Source of the DNA: a bacterium
Lineage (GTDB): Bacteria > Patescibacteriota > Patescibacteriia > JAHIZJ01
DNA length: 58,937 bases
Direction of reading: 5' to 3'
NCBI GenBank assembly: GCA_030699685.1
Contig: JAUYLJ010000016.1
Location: 1-58,937, forward strand
The translations under genes and the position numbers were made by a program. The notes beneath the pieces are model-generated. The model worked only from the letters and a program-made list of their open reading frames with translations, had not been told where the DNA came from and ran no database searches. Shown here one piece after another: positions 42,528 to 52,494 of the stretch (position 1 is the first letter of the stretch; each line of letters starts with the position of its first letter).

Positions 42528-44033
42528 TCATTCGACTTTTCGCGTAAGAATAATATTCTGCGCGGCCACTGTCAGGCCAACCAGAAACCAGACGTGCATG
42601 ATATAGAGTATGGAAAAAGTCTGATATTGGGCGATTACACCAAGAAGAGCTGCCAGAAGAGCGATCATCACGGCGCGGAGAAAAGGATCACTAGCGCCCA
42701 GAACGGCTTTGATGGAACGGGCAATCAGCATGCTTAATATAGTAACGAAGGCGATAAGACCGAGAATGCCCGTCTCCGCTAGCAACTCGATAAATTCGTT
42801 GTTGACGATTTTCCAGCCTTCTTCAGGCACGACATAGGGATGAACCGAAACGTAGGGACCGTATTGTCCGGGACCGATGCCAATCCAGGGCGAATCCATC
42901 CAGGCGCGTCGCGCTCCTTCAAAAGTTTCAATCCGCTCTATGTAAGCGGGACCGGAAAAAACATTGCTGACGTGACCGGTGAAAGTGTCGAGGTTATTCT
43001 GAAACACGTCGCCGAAGCCCAGCGCGTAGACGGCCAGAAACCAAATTGCTATCAGAGCCACCCCCACCGGCAAGATGAACTTCCAGTGGAAAAAACGCCG
43101 AAAGTAGAACAGAGAGATGACGGCGATTAGAAGAGCCGTGCCGAGATAACCGCCGCGCGAAACCGTCAGTACCATGTTCAGGCCAACCAGGATAAGAAGC
43201 GGGAAGAGCCAGCGTCGCGGGATTCCATGATTCCTCGCCTGTGGCTGGTCGCTGGGAATGTCGCCCAGGGTTTTGGAAATCTGTTCTTTCGGCTCCATCT
43301 TGCTCATCCGGCTGATAAAGAATGCGTAAATCAGGGAGATGGGCAGAAGCAGAAAGTTAGCGAAGTATAGAGGCTCGAGTGCCGTGGACTGGACACGGGG
43401 GAATCCGAAGACCGCCTTGGTATAGTGCTCGCGCAGGCCGGTGATTTCAGTGGGCAGCCCGATCAGGTCGCCGAAGAACTGCCACAGACCAAAAAGCGAT
43501 ACCAGGCCGGCGGTGAGAAGGAGGACGTTGATGATTTTTCTGAGCCTTGTCTCGTCCGTCACGAGCTGAGGGATCATCCAGCCGAAGAAAATGGTGAACA
43601 CAGTGAATCCGAAGACCAGCAGCGATCGTTCAAGGTTGGCCGCCTGGGTGATGGAGATAAGATTGATAATGAGAAATATAAGAAATGGAATAGTCAGGGG
43701 GTTTTTATGGAAGTGAAGATCGCGGTTGATAATACCTCTGGCGAACCAGGCGGCGATCAGCAGGATAGCCAGTACTTGGCTAACGCGCACCGTGATTCCG
43801 GCCACGTCATAAGAACCGATGCGTTCAAAGGGCAGGAAGAACGTGATGGCGAGCAGTGCCAGCCAGGGCGATTTGTACACGCCGAGCACGATAAGCACAA
43901 GCATAAAGGCCGCTAGGACGATCAATGGACCAGTCCACTGCATAGCCCAGCTTGTGGCGAACCCGAGTCCCAGCAAGGCAATGAAAATCAGGCTGCCAAG
44001 AAGACGGTTTGGTTGTGAGAAGATGGCGATCAC
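42528..44033 (-). CDS. O-antigen ligase/Wzy_C-like membrane protein
   Basis: Multi-TM; R..ST..EP..FA, TVSRGG, GIGPGQY and E.G..G motifs. Confidence 0.85.
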   Translation of the reverse strand: MIAIFSQPNRLLGSLIFIALLGLGFATSWAMQWTGPLIVLAAFMLVLIVLGVYKSPWLALLAITFFLPFERIGSYDVAGITVRVSQVLAILLIAAWFARGIINRDLHFHKNPLTIPFLIFLIINLISITQAANLERSLLVFGFTVFTIFFGWMIPQLVTDETRLRKIINVLLLTAGLVSLFGLWQFFGDLIGLPTEITGLREHYTKAVFGFPRVQSTALEPLYFANFLLLPISLIYAFFISRMSKMEPKEQISKTLGDIPSDQPQARNHGIPRRWLFPLLILVGLNMVLTVSRGGYLGTALLIAVISLFYFRRFFHWKFILPVGVALIAIWFLAVYALGFGDVFQNNLDTFTGHVSNVFSGPAYIERIETFEGARRAWMDSPWIGIGPGQYGPYVSVHPYVVPEEGWKIVNNEFIELLAETGILGLIAFVTILSMLIARSIKAVLGASDPFLRAVMIALLAALLGVIAQYQTFSILYIMHVWFLVGLTVAAQNIILTRKVE

Positions 44034-45151
44034 AAAATGTGGCTGAATTGATCAATCATTTTTTCTACCGGAAAACTCTCTTCCGCGAAGAGGCGGCCAT
44101 TTCGCGCCAGTTGCCGGGCCAGCTGAGGATCCTGATACAGCGTAATCAAGGCTTGCGCTATTTCATCCGATCGGCCGGGCGTGGTCAAGAGGCCAGTCTG
44201 GCCATCATGCACGATTTCGGGGATGCCTTCAAGCCGGGAGGCGATGACGGGACGCTCAATGGCCAGGGCTTCGATCAGCACGGCGCCGAAAGACTCGCGG
44301 CGGATGGACGGCAGAACCAGCACGTCAAAGTCTTTCATCCATTCGCGCGGGTTCGACTGATAGCCGACAAACTGGGTGATATCGTGCACCCCTTGGTTTT
44401 TGGCCAGCCACTCCAGCCGTTTGCGATCGCTTCCCTCACCGACCAGACGCAAGGTGAGGTTTGGGATCATGGGCCGGACTTTGGCCAGCGCGATAATCAA
44501 ATACTCCAGCCCTTTCTCTTGCTCCAGCCGGCAGACGCTGCCCACGACGTATTGCACTCGGTGCAGAGGCGGAGCCGGTTTATCACCCAGACCGATTTCC
44601 CCAAAATCAAACCCATAATATATGACCGAGATTCTGTTTTCCGGGAGGCCAAGTTCACGCAGCTGCTTTTTTAACGCCTCGGAAATAACCACGATCTTTG
44701 CCAGTCCGGACCACCAGCGATAAAGGAAACGCAGCGGACTCCGCGTGAGCCAGGGGTGGAAGCCGACATGCTCCATCCAAACCACGCGCATATTCAAGAG
44801 GCGGGCGATCGGAGTTATCAGGATCTTTTCAGTCAGTGAAAGGCAATACACGGTTTTCACGCCCCGGCCAAAGCGATAGCGGAATAGTACAAGCGTCAGC
44901 CAGAACCAGCCCGGGATGAACAGCCAGGGAAAAAGAAACAGCGACCACTTGGACGTGGGTTCAGGAGGTGACCAGGTTTTTTGAGATGGCCACCGGCGCT
45001 CATGGAATTTTTCCAGAAGCACGCGGCATGATGATGCCAGGTAAAAAACGTAGCCTCTTTTTGACAAATGTTCGACCAACCTCAGCGTGTGGCGTTCGCC
45101 GCCGCCAAAGGTCGATTCAAGCGGAAAGAATAATATCAACACGTTTTTCAT
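44030..45151 (-). CDS. GT4 family glycosyltransferase
   Basis: GGGE at the N-terminus, RL..EKG and ESFGAVLIEA (EX7E). Confidence 0.92.
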   Translation of the reverse strand: MKNVLILFFPLESTFGGGERHTLRLVEHLSKRGYVFYLASSCRVLLEKFHERRWPSQKTWSPPEPTSKWSLFLFPWLFIPGWFWLTLVLFRYRFGRGVKTVYCLSLTEKILITPIARLLNMRVVWMEHVGFHPWLTRSPLRFLYRWWSGLAKIVVISEALKKQLRELGLPENRISVIYYGFDFGEIGLGDKPAPPLHRVQYVVGSVCRLEQEKGLEYLIIALAKVRPMIPNLTLRLVGEGSDRKRLEWLAKNQGVHDITQFVGYQSNPREWMKDFDVLVLPSIRRESFGAVLIEALAIERPVIASRLEGIPEIVHDGQTGLLTTPGRSDEIAQALITLYQDPQLARQLARNGRLFAEESFPVEKMIDQFSHIL

Positions 45152-46578
45152 GAAGATCGCAGTGAAATCACTTCTTTAACGTCGCGGGTGGAGATGCCCT
45201 TGATGGCGTAGAGGACGATGAAGTATATCACCGTGCCCGATATGGCCAGGAAATACCATGACCAGTCGCGAAGCAGCCACAAACCAGCGGCCATGACTGC
45301 CGTCGCCAGCGCCGCCCGCCAAACGATAGTGTACTTTAATCGCAGACTGATTGTCCGATGAATCATGAAGTAGGCTCCAATCATAATCAGAAACTCTGAA
45401 ACAACGGTCATCCAGGCCGCGCCATAATAGGAGTAAGTTGGTATGAATAGATAATACCCAAGCAGAGAGACGGCGGCGGCGGCGGCGTACATCCAGATCA
45501 TCGGCTTTTGTTTGTTGACGGAAACGACGGAATTGCCAAATAGCGCTCCAACGAAAATAATGCCGGTAGCAATGATTAATATACGCAGGACGCCGCCAGA
45601 GGCGGTAAACTCTTCTCCGGCCACCAGGATCATCAGCGGTTCGGCGATAAACTGTGTCCCGACGATCAGCGGCAATGCCAGGATAGCGAGAAAATTGATT
45701 GACCGTTGGATGATCTGACGAAAACGCTCCCTGTCTCCCGTGACATACGCGGCCGTTAATAATGGCATGACCAGTCCCGCGAACATCGCCGGTAGCGTGA
45801 TCAATATTTCCAGCACTTTATAGGTGGCGCCATAGATGCCCACGTCAGCTGCCGGATGATACAGTGACAATATGATGGCATCAGCTTTGAAATAAATAAG
45901 ATTTAGTGCCACCGAAATCCCAATCGGCCAGGCATCGCGAAGCACGGCCAGCCAGACGGGCCAGTTGAACCGCAGACGTATGTCGACGAGCCGTCGCGCG
46001 GAAATAAACACGTAGAGAAAGTTGGCAAAACTTCCGAGTACCACGGCAAACAGCACCGCCATGAGTTGCCACTCAAGCCAAAGTACTACGGCGGTAGCCC
46101 CCAAGAGAACGATTCGTCCGAACACTTCGGCGAGGGCTACTTTTCCCATCCTTAGTTCTTTCTGGAAAAGACCGGTCAAGACCTGATTCAGTGAAATAAA
46201 AAGATAGGAAAGCGTGGTGAGGGCGATGCCGGCTTTGACTATTCCGGGATAGGGAAAGGCCAAAACGACGATCGGCGCGATTCCTAAAAACACTATGGCT
46301 GACAAAATCCGGAGAGTGAAGACGTTGGAAACAAGCGCTTCCATATCGGCGCCGGGTTCCGAAAGCTTTTTGATCAAAATAATATATAAGCCAAGATCCA
46401 GCAGAACAGCGAAGAGCTGGAGAAAAACGATGACAATCGTGTATTGGCCGTAGCCCTCAGCCCCAAGATAGCGGGCCAGCATGGCGACGACAACGATACC
46501 GATAGCGGTGCTGAATAATTTACCGATAATCTGGTAAAGCGTATTGTGGGCGATCTTTCGAGTCAGGGACATGATCAT
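45148..46578 (-). CDS. Wzx-type flippase (MOP superfamily)
   Basis: ARYLGAEGYGQY, DLGL, VGIYG and many TM segments. Confidence 0.9.
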   Translation of the reverse strand: MIMSLTRKIAHNTLYQIIGKLFSTAIGIVVVAMLARYLGAEGYGQYTIVIVFLQLFAVLLDLGLYIILIKKLSEPGADMEALVSNVFTLRILSAIVFLGIAPIVVLAFPYPGIVKAGIALTTLSYLFISLNQVLTGLFQKELRMGKVALAEVFGRIVLLGATAVVLWLEWQLMAVLFAVVLGSFANFLYVFISARRLVDIRLRFNWPVWLAVLRDAWPIGISVALNLIYFKADAIILSLYHPAADVGIYGATYKVLEILITLPAMFAGLVMPLLTAAYVTGDRERFRQIIQRSINFLAILALPLIVGTQFIAEPLMILVAGEEFTASGGVLRILIIATGIIFVGALFGNSVVSVNKQKPMIWMYAAAAAVSLLGYYLFIPTYSYYGAAWMTVVSEFLIMIGAYFMIHRTISLRLKYTIVWRAALATAVMAAGLWLLRDWSWYFLAISGTVIYFIVLYAIKGISTRDVKEVISLRSS

Positions 46579-46914
46579 GGGTTAATGACGATATCAGAAT
46601 ATCACTAACGGCATAGGTTGAGCAATAATCCAGTAGCCCATGCAAGCGCGAGGACATGAACAATTTTAGTGTTCAAGGTCGTTTTGGGAGTAGGGTATAG
46701 ATTGACCGGGAGTGAAAAATATGATACAATGAAGGTGTCGGTTGGAATCGGTGTCGCGGCAAACTACCGCCACCGATCCACAAAACAAAAACAAAATTCA
46801 AGCACGAAGGTGAAAAAACAAAAACAAAACCGCATTTGGGATATTTGCTATTCCCGAGGCGTGGTCGGACATTCAGACGGGCCGTATTATTCCCGTCACC
46901 AATCAGGCGTCACC

Positions 46915-48861
46915 GTGACGGAAAAAGCGTTGCGGGTTTTCGGGTTCATGATTGCGGCGTTTCTGTCGGCACAGATTCTCAACGGTGCGCAGAATTATCT
47001 GCTGCAGGATCGAGGCGTGCTGGCCTATTTTGAATCCAACATTGTTCGAGAACGCATCAGTCTGGGCTATGTGGGCAGCTATTTTCCGCCAAACCCCGAT
47101 GGCCAGATTGGTGAATATCCCGAAACGGCGGAAGGAGACGATGCTTCGACCGTATTGTCCGCCAATACTCATCGTGCCCGAATAGCCGCGGCGGCTGAAG
47201 GCCTGGCGGCCAGCGTAACCGTGCCTGATTATCGTGCAGAGCTGGTCAGTCAGAATTACAAAACGATAAATATCGCGCCAGGCCGAGCTTTCACATTTGA
47301 AGCTCGTTTTCGTAATACCGGCCGGGCGGATTGGACGAAGCAGGGCCCTCATTATATCGGCGTCAATGTGACTGATCCCGCGGGACGTCACTCGCCTTTT
47401 TGGCATCCGTTTTGGAGCGAATATTACTATCGGTCCGGCAGACTGGTCGAAACCAAAGTAGCTCCGGGCGAGGTGGGCACTTTCCGTTTTGCCCTCCAAG
47501 CGCCGGCAAAAGAAGGCAGCTATCGTGAAAGTTTTCACCTAGTCGCGGAGCATCTGACTTGGATCAGCGGCGGGAAAATGTCTCTAGAAATCCAGGTTTT
47601 GCCTCGTTACCAGGCTGAGATCATCAGCCAAACGGACTCCCTGACAGTAAGCCCGGGGGCAGTGGCGAAAGTGACCGTTGAGGCTCGCAATACGGGTGCT
47701 GAAGCGTGGAGTAATAGCGGTGAGAATTTTATCGCCTTAAACGTAACGGCGCCGACTGGCCGCCACTCAAAATTTCAGCATGCCAGCTGGGATGAATATT
47801 ACTATCGCCCTACCCGGCTCGAGACCAGCCGCGTTTCCTCCGGCCAGACGGGAGCGTTTGAGTTCACTATCCAGGCCCCGCTGCAATCTGGCAGCTATAC
47901 TGAGAGTTTTGGCATCGTGGCTGAAAACGCCGCCTGGCTTCCTGGCGGAAACGTAACCATTCCAATCACCGTTACGCAGACAGACGCCAGTGTCCGTGCC
48001 GGCGAACCGAGCGTTCGGGTGGGTTTGTATCAGGCTGAAAGCCAGGTTCAACTGACCGGTTTGGACAATTTTCGACTTATTGACGGCGGAGGTGAAATCG
48101 TGGCTGAGTATGCTTCGGGGGTTCCAGTCACGATTTCGTTTTCCGCAACCTCGTTTGAGGTTAACGCTGATGGCGTGCGGCAGAGCTTGACCGGGCCGAT
48201 CCGGTTCGAAGCGATCGACGACGCGACGGTGTTTGAACTTTTGAATTATGAAAACCGTCCAGAGTGGAATCTGGCGCTGAACGATAATATGTTTCGCGGC
48301 GTTATCGAGATTCGCCAGGTTGACGATTCGGATCAGGTCTGGGTGATCAATGAGCTGCCGCTGGAACAATATTTGTTGGGGGTGGCAGAATCGTCCAATG
48401 AAAATCCAACCGAATTTCTGAAAGCGCTCGCCGTGGCGGAACGAAGCTATGTTTTGTACCACCTGGCCAATGGCGGGAAACATCAGGACGAGGGCTTCAC
48501 CGTGGACGCGAAGTACGATCAAGTGTATCGCGGATACAACTTCGAGCTTCGAGCTCCCGCGGTGGGGAAAAATGTATTAACCACGGCGGGGCAAGCGGTA
48601 GCGTATGAGGATGAGGTGGTGGTTACACCATATTTTTCCCATTCCGATGGCCGAACCCGATCCTGGGAAGAGGTATGGTCAGGCGGTCCTTATCCGTGGC
48701 TCGAAACCGTGGCCGATCCGGCCAGTGCCGGCAAGCAGATGAGCGGCCATGGCGTCGGGATGAGCGCGCTCGGCGCAAGAAGCATGGCTGAAGACGGAGC
48801 TTTATACGAAGACATTCTCGCGTATTATTATTCGGGAACCGTTTTGTTGGCCGTCTATTAA
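46915..48861 (+). CDS. SpoIID/LytB domain protein with two NBR1-Ig-like repeats
   Basis: INELPLEQYLLGV.E, KALAVA.RSY, DQVY.G and GHGVGMS..GA motifs; start uncertain (ORF is open from 46669). Confidence 0.85.
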   Translation: MTEKALRVFGFMIAAFLSAQILNGAQNYLLQDRGVLAYFESNIVRERISLGYVGSYFPPNPDGQIGEYPETAEGDDASTVLSANTHRARIAAAAEGLAASVTVPDYRAELVSQNYKTINIAPGRAFTFEARFRNTGRADWTKQGPHYIGVNVTDPAGRHSPFWHPFWSEYYYRSGRLVETKVAPGEVGTFRFALQAPAKEGSYRESFHLVAEHLTWISGGKMSLEIQVLPRYQAEIISQTDSLTVSPGAVAKVTVEARNTGAEAWSNSGENFIALNVTAPTGRHSKFQHASWDEYYYRPTRLETSRVSSGQTGAFEFTIQAPLQSGSYTESFGIVAENAAWLPGGNVTIPITVTQTDASVRAGEPSVRVGLYQAESQVQLTGLDNFRLIDGGGEIVAEYASGVPVTISFSATSFEVNADGVRQSLTGPIRFEAIDDATVFELLNYENRPEWNLALNDNMFRGVIEIRQVDDSDQVWVINELPLEQYLLGVAESSNENPTEFLKALAVAERSYVLYHLANGGKHQDEGFTVDAKYDQVYRGYNFELRAPAVGKNVLTTAGQAVAYEDEVVVTPYFSHSDGRTRSWEEVWSGGPYPWLETVADPASAGKQMSGHGVGMSALGARSMAEDGALYEDILAYYYSGTVLLAVY

Positions 48862-48884
48862 ATCGGTTCCAGGGGGGAAAACGA

Positions 48885-49181
48885 ATGCTTTCGTTACTAA
48901 TAAAAAAAGATTACGAAAAAAATGAGTGGCGGCATTTTCTTATGCAGCAAGGATTTTTTCAGGATGAACTCAGTATTCCTCGGCCGGGGTCGAGAGAATT
49001 GCAAAATCTGTTGTCCTGTGCCAGAAACTATGTCAGTCAGAAAGAAATGTCCCGCAACCCTCTAGTCTATCTGGAGGCAATCAGTTATTGCGTTCTGCGA
49101 AAATCGTACGATGCTTTAGAAGCGTCACAACAACGGGCGGTTGCAAGTTTCGCGGAGCACATTGGGCATAGATCCGCATAA
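48885..49181 (+). CDS. Hypothetical protein
   Basis: 98-aa ORF co-oriented with and tightly spaced between neighbours. Confidence 0.55.
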   Translation: MLSLLIKKDYEKNEWRHFLMQQGFFQDELSIPRPGSRELQNLLSCARNYVSQKEMSRNPLVYLEAISYCVLRKSYDALEASQQRAVASFAEHIGHRSA

Positions 49182-49197
49182 ATCAATACTAATCAAA

Positions 49198-50082
49198 ATG
49201 AATAAATCAATAAATAGCATACTTGCGATTATCGTGCTCGCCATCCCGGCGGCGTTGATTGTCATATACGGATTTTACAAAGACAACTCTTATGACCTGC
49301 AGCCGAATTATATCAGCAGGAATTCTTCCTCAGAAGTACGGGCATCGTTTTCAGACCTTCAATCAGTTTGTGACATTTTGACATCAAAACGATGGACGTA
49401 CACCAGGCAGAATTCATCTTTACTGGCTAATGAAATAGCCTCGTGGAGCTTTGACGCTGAAGGCGGGGTGGAGTATAGATTCTTTTCCGACTACGAAGAT
49501 ACTGACGTGGGCAGATGGTATCCTCTGCGAATTGTAACCAACCTGGAAGCCGAGGTGCTCCTGCTGATGGATCCGATCGACGCGGTACAGGCTACCGGGG
49601 TCTATTCCGTGAAGCTGGATGAGAACGGGCTGAACATTGATGGCGCTCCTTTTCTTGGCGATGAGCGTTCGATTGTCGATATGGAGGGCTGTGATTTTTT
49701 CCGGAGTCAAACGTCGGAAGACGATTATGCCGCTTACGAAGCGCTGACCTCGCAGGAATGGGGCAATGATGAATTTACCTTTGCGTTTTCTGACCAAGCT
49801 ACCTATGTTCAAGATCAGTCCAACGCGAATTTCGAAGGGAAATGGAATATCACCGAAGTGAAGGAAGGTGAGGGCACGCTCACGCTTGACGGTTGGTTTG
49901 AATTCGATAGAAATGGCAATGCGATTGACCAAGTGGACAGGAGAAACGGTTGGGCGCGATATCGTTTCAACCTCTCGGAAACCAGTCTTAGCCTGGAACT
50001 TATTGAGTATAAAGATAATTTAGTTGACACGCTCCCGCTGGTGGATCAGCTTGGTGAGGCTATCGTTTTAACTCCTCAATAA
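49198..50082 (+). CDS. Membrane-anchored protein with two lipocalin-like beta repeats
   Basis: N-terminal TM; LTS..W....F....G.W pattern occurs twice; ATG 49198. Confidence 0.65.
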   Translation: MNKSINSILAIIVLAIPAALIVIYGFYKDNSYDLQPNYISRNSSSEVRASFSDLQSVCDILTSKRWTYTRQNSSLLANEIASWSFDAEGGVEYRFFSDYEDTDVGRWYPLRIVTNLEAEVLLLMDPIDAVQATGVYSVKLDENGLNIDGAPFLGDERSIVDMEGCDFFRSQTSEDDYAAYEALTSQEWGNDEFTFAFSDQATYVQDQSNANFEGKWNITEVKEGEGTLTLDGWFEFDRNGNAIDQVDRRNGWARYRFNLSETSLSLELIEYKDNLVDTLPLVDQLGEAIVLTPQ

Positions 50083-50289
50083 AGAGCTAGTTGTTGCATG
50101 GATATTGCTCAATGGGGAACCCTTTTGTTTTTCTCATTTCGAGTTGTGTTACTATAGCTTGGCAAGATCCTCTGTACCCAAGGGTCGTAGGAGAGGGAAG
50201 AACGCTTCTTTATCAAAGGGGTATGCCAACGATCTCTCTTTTACTTTTTTAAAAACAAAAACCGGACTCAGGGTCCGGGGAAAGAATGT

Positions 50290-51720
50290 TCAAACGAAGG
50301 TGGTTGCTTCTTCAGTCTCGGTTGCCTTCGGCGGGCTGAAGTGAGAATCAGCCTTTTGAGGTTTCTGGCGAAGAAGAAAGGTCAGCACCAAGGGCGGAAT
50401 CAGCGTAGTCAGTACCACCATGATGATGACTACTGAGAAGACCGTATCCGGCACCACTCCCAATGCCTGCCCGATAGTGATAAAGATCAGACCCACTTCT
50501 CCGCGCGGTACCATGCCCCAGCCTACCACCAGCCTGTTGCCCTTTCCCGCAGCCAGGCCAGCCACTAGCTTACCGATGAAAGCGGCTAGGGTGATGCCAA
50601 GCGCCATGAGCATGACCGCAGGATCGGCAAAGGTAGTCAGCTCCACCCCCATCGAAGTCCGTACGAAGAAAACCGGAACAAAGACATAGGCCAGGGGTTG
50701 AATCAGATCCTCAACATGCGAGTGATTGGCTTGATGGACCAGGGTGGCAAGCGACGTCCGTTGCTCTCTGCTCATTCCTTGAGTGGCGCTTTCGATGTCG
50801 CGACAGATCTTTGGAGAATCGAAGCTCCTGAAGTCGACGGGATCCAGGACAAGCCCAGCCGCGAAGGCTCCGACGATCGGTGCCAGACCGGCCACGCCCG
50901 CCACGTAAGAGGTGATCAGCCCGAAGCTTAGGGCGAAACAGAGCTTCATGCCGGGTCCAGTGTCAAGACGCGAGAAGAAGCGACTGATGTGGCCCGCGAA
51001 GAGCATTCCGAAAAGGATTGCTCCGGCCAGGAAGAGAAAGGCTTTGAAGAAGATGACACCTACGACCAACAAGCTGACTGATCCGGCCGTAACGATTGAT
51101 CTGACCACGGTGAGAAACAACAAACCGAATACGTCGTCAATCACCGCCGCCCCAGATACCAACTTGGCCGCGATCGATGATATTTGACCCAGATCTTCAA
51201 AGACGCGAGCGGTAATGCCGACGGAAGTGGCCGTCAATGTCGCGCCCAGGAACAGGTAGGTGTGAGCTTCGTATCCCGGCATGACCAGCGGGCCAACGAC
51301 TTTCCAACCCAGAACAAAGGGGACAATGACACCGATGATGGCGATCATAAGCGCCCGAAGGCCCACTGCCCGCATCTCCCGCAAGTTGGACTCCAGGCCT
51401 ATCTTGAAAAGCAGGAGCATTACCCCGAATTCCGACAGGAACCCGATAACCGCGTCGGTTTTCATGGGCTCCAGATAGTGGAACCCGATCAGGCCAAGGT
51501 TGCCCAGAAGTATTCCGACGAAGAGTTCGCCCAGAACTTCCGGTTGACGAAAGCGCTTGACGGCCGCTCCCGCAATCTTGGCTGACAGGATAATCAGCGC
51601 CAGCCAAAGCAGGGTAATTGCGGAGTGAGAGCCTATTTCCCCGTCCGAGGCTTGGGCGGGGGTATGGACGCCACATAGAAGAATAGCGGTGATAGAGAGC
51701 CAGAATTTCAGCCTGATCAT
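50290..51720 (-). CDS. Cation:proton antiporter (Na+/H+ exchanger, CPA2-like)
   Basis: P.VLGEL..G, GLES, ATSVGIT, AAVIDD and GMVPRGEVG motifs; ATG 51720 after AAAGGA. Confidence 0.93.
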   Translation of the reverse strand: MIRLKFWLSITAILLCGVHTPAQASDGEIGSHSAITLLWLALIILSAKIAGAAVKRFRQPEVLGELFVGILLGNLGLIGFHYLEPMKTDAVIGFLSEFGVMLLLFKIGLESNLREMRAVGLRALMIAIIGVIVPFVLGWKVVGPLVMPGYEAHTYLFLGATLTATSVGITARVFEDLGQISSIAAKLVSGAAVIDDVFGLLFLTVVRSIVTAGSVSLLVVGVIFFKAFLFLAGAILFGMLFAGHISRFFSRLDTGPGMKLCFALSFGLITSYVAGVAGLAPIVGAFAAGLVLDPVDFRSFDSPKICRDIESATQGMSREQRTSLATLVHQANHSHVEDLIQPLAYVFVPVFFVRTSMGVELTTFADPAVMLMALGITLAAFIGKLVAGLAAGKGNRLVVGWGMVPRGEVGLIFITIGQALGVVPDTVFSVVIIMVVLTTLIPPLVLTFLLRQKPQKADSHFSPPKATETEEATTFV

Positions 51721-51971
51721 AGATTCCTTTCCAGGGGCTGTACCGAAAGTGAAAGAACATGCAGCTAACTTCCAGCGATAGTATACAGAATTTAGCCTAC
51801 TAGGCAAGCCTGGCAAAATCCGGATCAGTGGATAACCGGATAAAAAAGAACCCCGGGCGGTATTTTAATGGAGATAAATGGCTTTGTGGTCAAAGTAGAT
51901 GTCAGACGAAATGCTACTCCCGTATACAAACACGACTAGATGCATGATAACGGTTGTTTTTATGCAACGAA

Positions 51972-52494
51972 CATCGCGTCGCCAAAAGAAGCGGTCAGTA
52001 TCATTGAAAAACAAAAAGGCCCTCGAATTAGCGAGCGGCCAGTCTTTCTACTTCTGTGCGTGAGCTGGACTCAGTGACTCCGAGACGACGCATAAGCTTC
52101 GCCTGCTCTTGTCTTTTCGTCTCGGTACACTCCGTGCAGCACTGTTTTCTAACAACGAGTGCCTGGGCGAGGCGCAGTACCACTCGAGAAGCGGTAACCG
52201 AACCAAGCGAAAAAGATCTTCCTTCTCCAGAAATTCTTCGGACGATCAGTTCGTGTTCGGCGACTGGGTTTTCTCCCTTCTGCTTACAGTAGTAGCACCT
52301 GGATCGAGACGGTCGTTCGTACACCTCAGCGCTGACTGAGAAGTTCCAACCTAAGTAAATGAGCTGGTATCTGTGCACGTTTCCTCCTCATTCAGTCTAT
52401 TCTGAAACGCTTATCCAGAACCCGACACAATAACCAACATTCTATCACATGTCAAGTGTCGTGTTTATGTAATCAGCATCGCGTCGCCAAAAGA
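51972..52494 (-). mobile_element. 505-bp insertion at the queA 3' end, bounded by 18-bp direct repeats
   Basis: CATCGCGTCGCCAAAAGA at 51972-51989 and 52477-52494; the distal copy continues as an alternative queA end, SFGDAMFVA*. Confidence 0.75.
52028..52378 (-). CDS. Small basic protein with two CxxC motifs (putative Zn finger)
   Basis: SD AGGAGG and GTG start; CYYC and CTEC; promoter TTGACA-17-TATTGT (52455-52427). Confidence 0.7.
   Translation of the reverse strand: MHRYQLIYLGWNFSVSAEVYERPSRSRCYYCKQKGENPVAEHELIVRRISGEGRSFSLGSVTASRVVLRLAQALVVRKQCCTECTETKRQEQAKLMRRLGVTESSSRTEVERLAAR

Noticed and set aside
46740-46780. c-di-GMP-I riboswitch suggested by GGCAAAC in a hairpin
   Set aside because: It lacks the GNRA loop, receptor and second stem; it is a simple hairpin
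50155-50230. Possible small RNA (TTGGCA...TGCCAA enclosing small hairpins)
   Set aside because: Pairing is short and imperfect and there is no clear -35 element, so support is insufficient
51828-51836. DnaA box / replication origin
   Set aside because: A single 8/9 match with no cluster of boxes or unwinding element
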